DNA from: Tubulanus polymorphus
Lineage: Eukaryota; Animalia; Nemertea
Reading direction: 5' to 3'
Length of the DNA: 64,000 nt
Assembly (NCBI RefSeq): GCF_964204645.1
Contig: NC_134027.1
Location: 24,018,560 to 24,082,559 of the forward strand
Position numbers and translations under genes: made by a program. The notes beneath the pieces were generated by a model. The model was not told the origin of the DNA, did not search any database, and saw only the letters and a program-made list of their open reading frames with translations. Shown here piece by piece: positions 1 through 11,781 of this stretch (within the stretch, counting starts at the first letter, position 1; each line of letters opens with the position of its first letter).

Positions 1-1026
1 TCACGTGTATTTTACCTCGGGATCAGAGGATATGATCGCGAACAAACCGTACTCATATTCTTACCGGATTCAGATACTCAATAGGATATATAGATGTGTC
101 TTGATGAGGTTGTGCTCTTTTATGGCATCCGAAATCACTATTTGGCTACATAAAAAAGAATCAAACGTCCGCCCCGATATATTACATATATTACACCCCT
201 CGGTTTGATCCCATGGATCAGTAGGGGTCGAGACACCCTCTGCTTTTATTCTTTGACTTCTTTCGACAAAGGTTCTCATGTTTTCTCTATAACTTGCTTT
301 TTTCGGATCTATTACATATGTTATTTGCGATAGTTTCCAGTATATATGTGTTAACTTGTAGGTTTTTTACTTCATGTATGATTTAATGATATGATATTGA
401 GTACTTTTATTATGTACTTTAAACTAACAGTACTTTACATCAATCTTTCCTCTTTAAAGCTTTGCACATATTGTATTCTGCTGATTCTTTCCCGTGTTAT
501 CTTTGTTCCATTGACTATCATGTAATTTGATTATGATTAATAAACCTTTAAAGATGAAAAGTAAAGAAACCAGAAGATGCTGCGTTCGAATATGTTTTGT
601 CCTCTTAGTCTTTTGCTCCTTTAAACCCGATTCTTATGAATTCAGCTTTGAAAATATGTCGAATGCCACCATCAGATTATGTATTCATACAATTTACACG
701 TACCGCAGTATCTTCTATTACAAGCAAGAAAATAGTCCTACAAAACCGAAATTTCCATTCGACTTCGACAAAATTCTGTAAATTCGCATGGTGGTTGGGA
801 TGAGAAAATCACTTCAATCAATAATAAATGATTCACTATTTCAAGATAAAAGATAACGTAACTAACTAGAATACATCGCTTTTAATTTTACCGGTATTTT
901 ATTTTTGCCACGTATTTAGAATAACACTTAGACAGTCTACATCTCAAAAATCGATGAAATTGGAAGTGAAATGATTACTTGTTAAAACATGACACCAAAT
1001 TATTTCACAAGCAGATTTTCCGCAGA

Positions 1027-1944
1027 TTATTCAACTTGTACTTCACTAGTGGGGCTCTGATTGGCATTGGCAACATTGCCACACTGGTTGTTATACGAAC
1101 TAAATCTACAATCAAACATTTTGAATTATAATCACATTTACGGATTCAGTTTCGAAATTCTTTAAGAATTTGAAAAGGCTTACTGAGCGCAGGAAGCGGT
1201 TCCACCGTCGCGACCTCCGCAGGTACATTTTTCGGTACAGTCGCCATTCACCTCCTCGTATTCGCCCGTAGCTGCATTGAGACTAGAATCGGGGAACCTC
1301 TCTACTGTACACGCACCTGTTAGTGGACATTACAATTTCAAATCATTAATTCATTCATAGATTCATCAACCAGTCTATGAAATTATTCACCAAATACAAA
1401 ATTTCATTTATCCATAAATCAACTAGCATTAGGCGTTAAGATCGGCAAAGCGGTCCGTCATTTACTTTTACTTGTCGTTCTCGCCGATTTAAAGCTAAAT
1501 TTTCTAGAATATTCATCAATCCTTCAAAACCGTGTAAAATGGATTTGAAAACGATGATTTATCTGGACTGCACAACCCTACTGATTCGATTAAAACATAT
1601 TTGAGGTATGCACACCCAAAATTAAGCGAAATATCCAGACAAGATCGTGGACAATCAAAAATAAATAGACTTTACCCTTACCAGTACGCGAGTTTGATCG
1701 AATCAAAACGATATACACGAAAGCGTCGCACGATTTTTTGATAATTCAAATCGAACAATTAGAAAAACATAACTAGAAATTTGACTGGAGCATTTTATTG
1801 GGACACCTTGCGGTGTCTTAAGGCAAAGTGAAATTTCCAGTTATGTCTTGTGTGTGAATTAGAATTCATCTTACCGGGTTCCTGCCATGTGGCTGCTTCA
1901 GTAGCACCAGCGAATACCACACAAACCAATACGGCGAAATACAT
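1027..1944 (-). CDS. Secreted 6-Cys peptide, short SVWC-related form, copy A (93 aa)
   Basis: Exons 1944-1875, 1316-1184 and 1105-1027 have GT-AG junctions in consistent phases (1, 2). They give MYFAVLVCVVFAGATEA|ATWQEPGACTVERFPDSSLNAATGEYEEVNGDCTEKCTCGGRDGGTASCAQFSSYNNQCGNVANANQSPTSEVQVE*. Hydrophobic signal peptide ending TEA; TATAAA at 2002-2007; AATAAA at 898-903. Confidence 0.85.
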
Positions 1945-2001
1945 GATGAAATTCTGTCCACACGTTTGAGTCGAGTGACAAAAATACGTGAAAACTGACC
2001 G

Positions 2002-2007
2002 TTTATA
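2002..2007 (-). promoter_or_regulatory. TATA box of peptide gene A
   Basis: TATAAA on the minus strand about 60 nt upstream of the ATG. The same context (gtttatatcgtata) occurs upstream of paralogue D near 17491. Confidence 0.55.
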
Positions 2008-4172
2008 TCGTATACCGGTACATAAATTTTTGAAGTGTTTGAATGAATCTGATTTTCATTGATAGCATGTTCTCTGTTTTGTTCGATAGAACGAATATTT
2101 TTTCGATATTTCCAGCCCAAAGCTATATTAAATCAATAACATATCTGGGTGCCGAATAGAATTTTCAGACTAAATAAATCCCAAGACCAATTCAACCTTC
2201 GTTTTGATGCACATCTCACTTAAATAACAGTGGAACTGGATTTTGAGTCACATAAACGCACACAACTGTGGAACTGAGTCCGGATGGAATGTTTTGCCTG
2301 TCTGACATCCTAAACATCTATTCTGCTGGTTCTAAAATAATGGTACTGACAATTTCTGATACTGGAAATTCATAATTTTCTTTTTCTGTATGTACGTATC
2401 ATACGTTAGTGCATGCTTTTGGAATATTTCGAATATAGAAGAACATTTGAGACATATTGCATGGGCGGCATACGTGTAGGCCTATAACAAAGCGAAACAA
2501 ATCAATTATATCCGTTCACTAAAACAGCTCAAGCAATATATTCAAATTAAGTATGTAAATATCGACTCGCTGGTATTTACAATGCTATTAAGTATTGTCG
2601 CAATTTAAACATTGGATCGGATTTGCGATGTGCCATGAATCAGGTGATTTCTAAACGAACGCTGTGACCGTACATGACTGGTTGGATTGAAAGTTATAAA
2701 TTTAGATATGGTAACATAAAATTGATCGACACACTGTTCTTCAGAACAGTTTTTTTTAAACAGTTACGTGCTCACAGATGCAATCTCGGGCATTCTTTTA
2801 CTTCAATTTCTCATCAAACAGAACAGGTTTAACTACGGATAATCTAAGCTTATTTTACAGGATACTGCTGTATGCACTGTATGTATACACTCAGCCACGG
2901 CACGAACCCCTGCCACAGTAGACCTGGTGCGCCGGTACATGCGCAGCTTTGCCGCGCTTATACTTGCGGCACCAATCAGATTGCTCGTTGAATAATCGCC
3001 GAGGCAAATTTCACGGAAGAACTATAAATGGTAAAACCTGGACTAAAATAAAATGGGATTTCTTATTGGCTATAATGACATAATCTAAGCTGCGCGTGTA
3101 GCTGCGCCCTCGGTCTAGCAGGGGTTCGGGGGTTCGTACGGCAATCTCGGTGCCATCAGGTTCGAATACCTGCCAGGGTAGGATGCATCGATCCATATAT
3201 GGACATTTGAACGGGTTCAGCCGAAGTCTTCGGCTAAGGAAAAACAACTGCTGTTGACGGTGAATGTGTTTCTTATCGTATGCACAATAAGTATCGTAAA
3301 AATGCGTCAGTTTTGTCGGGGCATAATGAAAAAAACTGAGCTTACCTATTGACTACTTTTACACTTGTTGATCGGCTTTTTAGAAGAAAAAGTCTACTAC
3401 AAAATGAATCATCTGATGTGCATGGACATAACTATCAAAAGTAATTTTTATCACATCTATGAACTATCGATACTTTATGTTAAATGGTACACCGTATCAT
3501 CACTAGTGGATAGCCGTAACATTGGTGGATAGATGTTTATTTGAACCCGGACATCTTACTCGACATCGCACGTAGTTCAAACCCTTTCGCTGCGTATGAC
3601 GTTGGATCGACGCCATGTATACGGCAAATCGATTCGAGTTGTAAGGAAAAGTCTATCTTTTTGTTCTACAGAAAGCGAAAGAAAATTCACTAGTTCTTGG
3701 TGTATTCTTTCAATCATTTGACTCTATGGTTTTATCAATTTTAACTTTTGGGGCTGAAGTTTGAGGGTTCAAAAAGTTGCAATCTATTATCGATTTTGAC
3801 TTTAAGGGCTGAGGTATTGGTGCAATGAACACGTACAATCTGTTAACAACTGCCTTACTTATGATTAATCTGTTTTACAAATATTCCGGATAATTAGAAA
3901 ATAAGATACATATATATCCAATTCCAGCAATAACCTTGATAGTCGCTGTTTCGCTATTTATGCATTCCAGTCATCAAATAACAGTTCAGCCCATTTAATT
4001 TAAGACGTTTGGAACTTAATATACAATAAATTTATCAAATTTGTGAAAAATATCGATAAAAAGATAATCATTTCAAACTTGTATTCATAGTTGAGTTGAC
4101 TGTAATTCATGTCCAAATTAGGGCTGTATCTGATTGTCAACATAGTCACTAGATTTAGTTTTATCTTGTTCC

Positions 4173-5198
4173 TTAGCGACAATGGTTGCAAAATGTATTG
4201 CGGGCAATTTGTCTAAACTTGACGCTAGACAGACAATACAGAAAAAAATTTACACAGGAGTCAATTTGCGATAGGAAGTGTTGCAAAGTATTCAAAAGTA
4301 TGTTCCGGCCGTTCATAAAAGCAAGAATTCGGGATGCTATCGTTGGACTTTCACAAATAAGGTAAATAATCACTGCGGACAGGGCTAACATTGTAGCGTG
4401 TGTGTCACCTGCAGTTCCGACTGACGATGACTTGGACATCTTTTTACGTTGTGATGTTGCTCTGATTACGATTCTGATCAACGCGATATTAGTAATTGAG
4501 AGAAATGCGAACGGCATCGTTACGACGAATATGATGTTTGTTAAACGACCAGCCAACCTTCCAGCAGGAAGAACACCCTGGCCTAACATTATACGATTAA
4601 ACAACGGACAATCATTGTATCTAGGTATCAGGGTGTTAAAACGCCAACGATACACGTGTGTCAAAAAACAAAATATAAACAGACCCACGACAGAGAACGT
4701 ACATCTTTTTTGAGTAATGAAAGCTCGGGATTTCAGCGGGAACGACAGTTGCAACCAACGCTCAATACTGATCATAGCTATCAACCAGTTCCGGTACATC
4801 TTAACGGTCATATTGGATATTGATGTGTAATATTTGGAATAAGGGCCGAGAAAATAACTATCGAGGTAGTGATAATTAATGTAGCCCAATTCCCAAAGTC
4901 CTATAAAATCTGAAATGCTGGTTAAACAAAAATTGACAACGAGATAGAATGAATCGACGACAGCGAGGATGCTGAGCAGGTAGTATGTAGCGACCACGCT
5001 CGAGTACATGCGTCTCAAAATAATAAAACTCACACAATTGAGGACTAAACCGGTCACGCTTACAACTGTAAAACCGAAGGCTCGAATATACAATTCGTAT
5101 TCTCGAATATCCCAAAAACGTTGACTAAAACACTCGTGAATTGTGTTAGATTGATTATTGTCATACAGTCTAAAAACCGTCAATTTGGTCTCATTCAT
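4173..5198 (-). CDS. Intronless class A GPCR, FMRFamide/sex-peptide-receptor-like (GPCR1)
   Basis: 341-aa ORF with 7 hydrophobic segments: TM1 GLVLN, TM2 LAVVD, TM3 SIERW, TM6 ICESP, TM7 DSCVNFFLYC, helix 8 KFR. Confidence 0.92.
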   Translation of the reverse strand: MNETKLTVFRLYDNNQSNTIHECFSQRFWDIREYELYIRAFGFTVVSVTGLVLNCVSFIILRRMYSSVVATYYLLSILAVVDSFYLVVNFCLTSISDFIGLWELGYINYHYLDSYFLGPYSKYYTSISNMTVKMYRNWLIAMISIERWLQLSFPLKSRAFITQKRCTFSVVGLFIFCFLTHVYRWRFNTLIPRYNDCPLFNRIMLGQGVLPAGRLAGRLTNIIFVVTMPFAFLSITNIALIRIVIRATSQRKKMSKSSSVGTAGDTHATMLALSAVIIYLICESPTIASRILAFMNGRNILLNTLQHFLSQIDSCVNFFLYCLSSVKFRQIARNTFCNHCR

Positions 5199-6890
5199 GT
5201 TCTGTGGAGTCCATCAGATACGAATATTGCGCTTTCGAAAGCTTTCATATTACATGATCATGTCATCTAGAATTAATGAGCTCGCGCATATATCTTTACT
5301 CAGGTTTAAGGCTGAAAAGAACTTAATGTATTCAGTGTAGACATGAATGAATAGAAAGATTCTCTCCCATGCATATCGGCTTCTAAAGCGGAGTTTCATC
5401 AAGATCATTTGCCGTCAAAAAGTTACGAACATGATATAATGACTCTTATAGCGTATATAAATGTGTGAATATATTCATCCGATTCACGTGTATTTTACCG
5501 AGTTATCAGAGGATATGATCGCAAAAACTTTTGTATGATTAAACTGTTCCCTTTTCCGAGCAGATTCTAATACTTCATGTAGTTTTTCACTTATTTGACT
5601 TTATGGTTTTATCAATTTCAACTTTTGGGGCCAACATTAGGGGCTGACGTTTGAGGGTTAAAAAAATTACAAATTTTTATCAATTTTTTTAAACTTTGAG
5701 GCTGAAGTTTAGGGCCACGAAAACGTAAGATCAGTTGAACGACTTTAACTCCTTTTCTGTATAAACTATCATAACAGGGAGGAATCTGTTCTAAATCACT
5801 CCACGCATCTAATTGGTTTCATACATGTATTGGAAGTTCAACTGCAACAGATACTTGTTGCAAGTAGAAATAGGGGAAACTAAAATTGTGAAATGATATC
5901 GACCACCCACTTTGGTGAAAATATATTGGAATTTGAAAGTCTTTCCTACAATCCGGGAAATATTTCGGAAATTTATTACTTTCAAACTGCACTTCATGTA
6001 GCATTTGCCACTGGCAACTTTCTTCGGCGGTTCTCTTGAAAATCACTATTACCACCCAGTCCCCGTTCAATGCTGACATATCCCCGTTGTATGACGGTAT
6101 CTGCTGGTTCCCATTTTTGAAAATTGAAAATTGACCCATGAATACGAGGAAATTTTGAACGCGTACAACTCAGTGAACATATTAGAATAATTTGCCGGTT
6201 AGGTAATTATCCCTAATGATCAGTTATTTTCATAAGACAGTAGTCCACATAATCTATAATATCTGACCTTAGAATGGGGAGTTTTTAAAAAAATGTGTCT
6301 AAATTCTGATTTGGTTTTACTTTTATATCATTTACGAACCCACCACATCTGTCGGGCACGAAATGGCCTTCCGAACGAAAACCGGGTTTAACGGTTTATC
6401 TCGATATTTTTAATCTCTGAATAATTAAAGCAACGCCTTTTCAGACAACATAACTTAACACTGCTTGTTGCAATTTCAAATAAATCCAGGTTGTGATTAT
6501 CATAGTTGTTTTATGTATGTGAAGCCATGGAGAGTTTTTTTACAAATGGATTTTACGCTTCAATAAATTATTGGCTTGAAAACTGCCTTAGTTAAGTTAT
6601 GATTAACTTGCTTTTTTCGAATAATCAGAACATTGTCAAGAGAAAGAAATCCCAATTGAAATATAAGATACATGTATATCCAATTCTAGCAGTAACTTAA
6701 ATAGTCACCATCTACAAAGAGCTTTTTGTGCATACCGATCATTAAATGACAGCTCAGCCCATTTCATCTGAAACGTTTGGAACTTAATATACAATTTATC
6801 AAATTTGTGAAATCTCGATAAAAAGATAATCATTTCGAACTTATATTCATAGTTGAGTTGACTGTCTACATGGTCACTAGATTTATTTTA

Positions 6891-7895
6891 TTAAGTTCCA
6901 TAGCGACAATGGTTGCAAAATGTATTGCGGGCAATTTGTCTAAACTTGACGCTAGACAGACAATACAGAAAAAAATTTACACAAGAGTCAATTTGCGATA
7001 GAAAGTGTTGCAAAGTGTTCAAAAGTATGTTCCTGATGTTCATCAAAGCAAGAATTCGGGATGCTATCGTTGGACTTTCACAAATAAGGTAAATAATCAC
7101 TGAGGACAGGGCTAACATTGTAGCCTGTGTATCACCAGCAGTTCCGACTGTCGATGACTTGGACATCGTTTTACGTTGTGATGTTGCTCTGATTACGATT
7201 CTGACCAACGCGATATTAGTAATTGAGAGAAATGCGAACGGCATCGCTATGATCAATACAATGTTTGTTGAACGACCAGCCAATTTTCCATCCGGATGGA
7301 CGTCCTGGACAAACATCATACGATTATACAACGGACAATCGTTGTATCTAGGTATCAGGGTGTTATAACGCCAACGATACACATGTGTCAAAAAACAGAA
7401 TATAAACAGACCCACGACAGAGAACGTACATCTTTTTTGAGTAATGAAAGCTCGGGATTTCAGCGGGAACGACAGTTGCAACCAACGCTCAATACTGATC
7501 ATAGCTATTAGCCAGTTTCGATACATCTTAACGGTCAAATTGGCTATTGTTGTGTAATATCTCGCATAAGGGCTGAGAAAATGACTATCGAGATAGTGAT
7601 AATTAATGTAGCCCAATTCCCAAAGTCCTTTATAATCTCCAAGGCTGGTAAAACATAAATTGATAACGAGATAAAGAGAATCGACGACAGCGAGGATGCT
7701 GAGCAGGTAGTATGTAGCGACCACGCTCGAGTACATGCGTCTCAGAATAATAAAACTCAAACAGTTGAGGACTAAACCGATCACACTTACAAATGTTCCA
7801 CCGAAGGCTCGAATATACAATTGGTATTCTCCATTTTTCCAGAAACGTTCACTGAAACACTCGTGAATTGTGTTAGATTGATTATTGTCGGACAT
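6891..7895 (-). CDS. Intronless class A GPCR, close paralogue of GPCR1 (GPCR2)
   Basis: 334-aa ORF collinear with 4173-5198 and carrying the same motifs. Flanks are also duplicated (about 3850-5525 vs 6580-8220). Confidence 0.92.
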   Translation of the reverse strand: MSDNNQSNTIHECFSERFWKNGEYQLYIRAFGGTFVSVIGLVLNCLSFIILRRMYSSVVATYYLLSILAVVDSLYLVINLCFTSLGDYKGLWELGYINYHYLDSHFLSPYARYYTTIANLTVKMYRNWLIAMISIERWLQLSFPLKSRAFITQKRCTFSVVGLFIFCFLTHVYRWRYNTLIPRYNDCPLYNRMMFVQDVHPDGKLAGRSTNIVLIIAMPFAFLSITNIALVRIVIRATSQRKTMSKSSTVGTAGDTQATMLALSSVIIYLICESPTIASRILALMNIRNILLNTLQHFLSQIDSCVNFFLYCLSSVKFRQIARNTFCNHCRYGT

Positions 7896-9304
7896 TCTGA
7901 AACCGTTAATTTGATCTCGTTTATTTTCTATTGTGTGAATCGGATACGCATATTACGCTTTCGCAAGTTTTCACATTTCATAATCACGTCATCTAGAAAT
8001 AATGAGCTCGCGCATCTATCATTAAATGTATTCAGTGTAGACATGAATGAATAGAAAGATTATCCCCCAGGCATATCGGCTTCTGAAACGGAGTTTCATC
8101 AAGATTATTTCCCAGTTAAAAAATCACGAACACAATATACCGACTCTTATAGCGCATAAATGTGTGATAATAATCATCCGATTCACGTGTATTTTACCTC
8201 GGGATCAGAGGATATGAAAAAACGAAAACGTTTACGCGAACAAACCGTGCTCATATTCTGACCGGATTCAGATACTCAATAGGATAAATAGATGTGTCTT
8301 GATGAGGTTGTGCTCTTTTATGGCATCCGAAATCACTATTTGGCTCCACAAAAAAAATCCGAATCACACGTCCGCCCCGACAGAACGGAGGTTTTGGGCT
8401 AGATCCAAAAGGTCATGTGATCAATAACGAGAAGGGATTCTCCGATCTGGTAAAATATTACACCCCTTGGTTTGATCCGACGGATCAGTAGGGGTCGAGA
8501 CACCCTCTGCTTTTATTCTTTGACGTCTTTCGACAAAGGTTCTCATGTTTTCTCCAGAACTTGCTTTTTTCGGATCTATTACATATGTTACTTGCGATAG
8601 TTTCCAGTATATATGTGTTAACGTGTATCGACGTTTTTTAACTTTATGTTTTTGTGTGATTTAATGATGTGATATTGAGTACTTTTATCATGTACTTTAA
8701 ACTAACAGTACCTTACATCAATCTTTCCTCTTTAAAGCTTTGCACATATTGTATTCTGTTGATTCTTTCTCGTGTTATCTTTGTTCCATTGACTATCATG
8801 TAATTTAATTGTGATTAATAAAACCTTTAAAGATGAAAAATAAAGATACTAGAAGATGCTGCGTTCGAATATGTTTTGTCCTCTTAGTCTTTTGCTCCTT
8901 TAAACCCGATTCTTATGGATTCAGCTTTGAAAACATGTCGAATGCCACCATCAGATTATGTATTCATACAATTTACACGTACCACAGTATTTCCTATTAC
9001 AAGCAAGAAAATAGTCATACAAAACCGAAATTTCCATTCGACTTCGACAAAATTCTGTAAATTCGCATGGTGGTTGGGATGAGAAAATCACTTCAATCAA
9101 TAATAAATGAATCACTATTTCAAGATAAAAGATAACGTAACTAACTAGAATACATCGCTTTTAATTTTACCGGTATTTTAATTTTGCTACGTATTTAGAA
9201 TAAAACTTAGACAGTCTACATCTCAAATATGGATGAAATTGGAAGTGAAATAATTACTTGTTAAAACATGACACCAAATTATTTCACAAGCAGATTTCCG
9301 CAGA

Positions 9305-10166
9305 TTATTCAACTTGTACTTCACTAGTGGGACTCTGATTGGCATTGGCACCATTGCCACACTGGTTGTTATACGAACTAAATCTACAATCAAACATTTT
9401 GAATTATAATCACATTTACGGATTCAGTTTCGAAATTCTTTAAGAATTAGAAAAGGCTTACTGAGCGCAGGAAGCGGTTCCACCGTCGCGACCTCCGCAG
9501 GTACATTTTTCGGTACAGTCGCCATTCACCTCCTCGTATTCGCCCGTAGCCGCATTGAGACTAGAATCGGGGAACCTCTCTACTGTACACGCACCTGTTA
9601 GTGGACATTACAATTTCAAATCATTAATTCATTCATAGATTCATCAACCAGTCTATGAAATCATTCACCAAATACAAAATTTCATTTATCCATAAATCAA
9701 CTAGCATTAGGCGTTAAGATCGGCAAAGCGGTCCGTCCTTTACTTTCCTGTCGTTCTCGCCGATATAAAGCTCAATTTTCTAGAATATTCATCAATCCTT
9801 CAAAACAGTGTCAAATGGATTTGAAAACGATGATTTATCTGGACTGCACAACCCTACTGATTCGATTAAGACCTATCTGAGGTATGCACACCCAAAATTA
9901 AGCGAAATATCCCGAAAAGATCGTGGACAATCAAAAATAAATAGACTTACCCTTACCCTTACCAGTACGCGAGTTTGATCAAATCAAAACATAACTAGAA
10001 ATCTGACTGGAGCATTTTATTGGGACACCTTGCAGTGTCTTAAGGCAGAGTGAAATTTCCAGTTATGTCTTGTGTGTGAATTAGAATTCATCTTACCGGG
10101 TTCCTGCCATGTGGCTGCTTCAGTAGCACCAGCGAATACCACACAAACCAATACAGCGAAATACAT
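9305..10166 (-). CDS. Secreted 6-Cys peptide, short SVWC-related form, copy B (93 aa)
   Basis: Exons 10166-10097, 9594-9462 and 9383-9305. Same protein as copy A except V to G (CGNGANA); the other differences seen are synonymous. Confidence 0.85.
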
Positions 10167-10490
10167 GATGAAATTCTGTCCACGCGTTTTGAGTCGAGTG
10201 ACAAAAACTCTGATCAAAACTGGCTATCTTATCGTACAGCGGTTTCAGATGTTTCGAAAATGTTCAAATTCGATTCTTATCAAGCGAATTCTGATGGATA
10301 GAATAGATAATCAGTTAAAAATGTTAAATGAAGTGAACAGGTTCTTAACCTTTTGGTTTATGCTGCAACAAATAGCCGTGTTATTCTCGAGAAACTAGTA
10401 GGCCCTAAAAAAACGGTACCCCGAACGAATTTAGTAACCCGAGACGTGCCTGTCTAACCAGTAAGGACTGGCATGAATTAACAGTCTCAC

Positions 10491-10560
10491 CTATATCGCC
10501 GCTGATGGCCGCCTCCGAAACACCGGCAAATACCACACAAACTAATACGGCGAAATACGT
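10491..10560 (-). pseudogene. Orphan signal-peptide exon (copy C) with start codon ATG changed to ACG
   Basis: 70-nt exon (T)YFAVLVCVVFAGVSEAAISGDIG followed by GTGAG; same length and phase as exon 1 of A, B and D; no downstream exons of its own. Confidence 0.75.
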
Positions 10561-10784
10561 GATGAAATTCTGTCCACGCGTTTGATTCGACTGACAAAAA
10601 CACGTCAAAACTGGCAGTTAATGTCGTATACCCCGAGAGAATTCAGTTTTTATTTAAAAAAAAATATAATTGAAAACTCGGATTGCATTGTAGATGAAAT
10701 CAATTAAAGTTGCCAAGGCGAATTAAACCAACAGCTGTGAAACTGGATTTTGAGGCAAACCAACCCAACAGCTCGATTCAACAG

Positions 10785-11781
10785 CTCGGGAAAACGATAT
10801 GAATAGCCCGCGATCGATACTCACCGCTACGATAAGCCAGTTTCTGATCATACGCATGGTTAGATGCATAGGGGAAAGGTAGAGCAGGTCCGATGAAGGC
10901 GTCCGACACATAGAAAGACTTGCCGTAAAAGCTGAGCGGCCAGTTGTAGAAAGCTCCATAACAAACTAAATCACTCCCACTGGAGTCATGCGGGAGACTA
11001 ATCAGTCTAGAAAATGGAATATTTGAAATAAGGCCACACCAAAAAAAAATCCTGTTTCTCGGGCGGGGCAATCCCCAAAATGAGTAGGTCGGTAGGGAAT
11101 TTTTTTTTTCTTTTTATAGAAAAAAAATTTCGGGTATTCTTCTGACAGTGGGTAGGTCGCCGTAAATAATTTCTACGTGAACAAATTTCCAGTTAAAAAT
11201 ATGATTAGCAGCTAGACGAACACAATAATAAAGGGAAGTTGGTGTTTTTGTATTATATGTCACACTTGGAAACTGTTTATAAAAAGAAAAACATCAAAAT
11301 CTTGAATAGGCGTATAATATATTGTATACGGAATTCCTAGAATTTTACAATCCAAGGTCGCCATCAATATCTGATAAGCAACGTTGTCTGAGCACACAAG
11401 TACCATATCCAGAATAAAATTGTTAAATCTGATGAAATAAGATATTTTTATCATGTCGTATCACGATTTCACGAAAAAGAAAAAAATATTTACGAGAATG
11501 GAGAGCTTTGTAGTCGGTCGGCCACATACATATCTTTGAAAATGGTTATTTCATCCACAATTTTAAAATAGGGTCGGTAGGCAATTTTATTTTATTTCGA
11601 AAATAATTATTTGAAATGACGAAATATCGGGTCGGTCGGGCCCGAGAAACAGGGTTTTCTTTTGGTGTGGCCTAACAGGATAAAGAAACATGGTGTTGAT
11701 GCGTAACAACAGCACGGTCATCCAGACGTTATTCGTCGATAGATACGGACATTCGATGACGCCAGTTCCGTTCGCCGCCAT
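10785..11781 (-). pseudogene. Disrupted GPCR paralogue (N-terminus to TM3)
   Basis: MAANGTGVIECPYL...MFLYPV starts at 11781 and is interrupted by a MITE. It resumes in frame as ISNI..., then frameshifts into MRMIRNWLIVAVSIDRGLFISF, matching TM3 VKMYRNWLIAMISIERWLQLSF of GPCR1/2. Most of TM1-TM2 and all of TM4-7 are missing. Confidence 0.7.
11032..11672. mobile_element. MITE, PIF/Harbinger (Tourist)-like
   Basis: TIRs ggccacaccaaaa...cctgtttctcgggc / gcccgagaaacaggg...ttttggtgtggcc flanked by a TAA target duplication (11029-11031 and 11673-11675). Confidence 0.85.

Larger units (their letters stand above)
1..2010. repeat. Segmental duplicate of about 8183-10235 (GPCR 5' flank plus whole peptide gene)
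   Basis: Near-identical sequence starts tcacgtgtattttacctcgggatcagagg at both 1 and 8183 and stays collinear through all three peptide exons and introns, with a few indels. Confidence 0.95.

Noticed and set aside
527-781. 84-aa ORF, repeated at 8833-9060, with a hydrophobic stretch
   Set aside because: Its recurrence is explained by the recent segmental duplication; it has no recognisable domain or splice support and lies antisense to the array.
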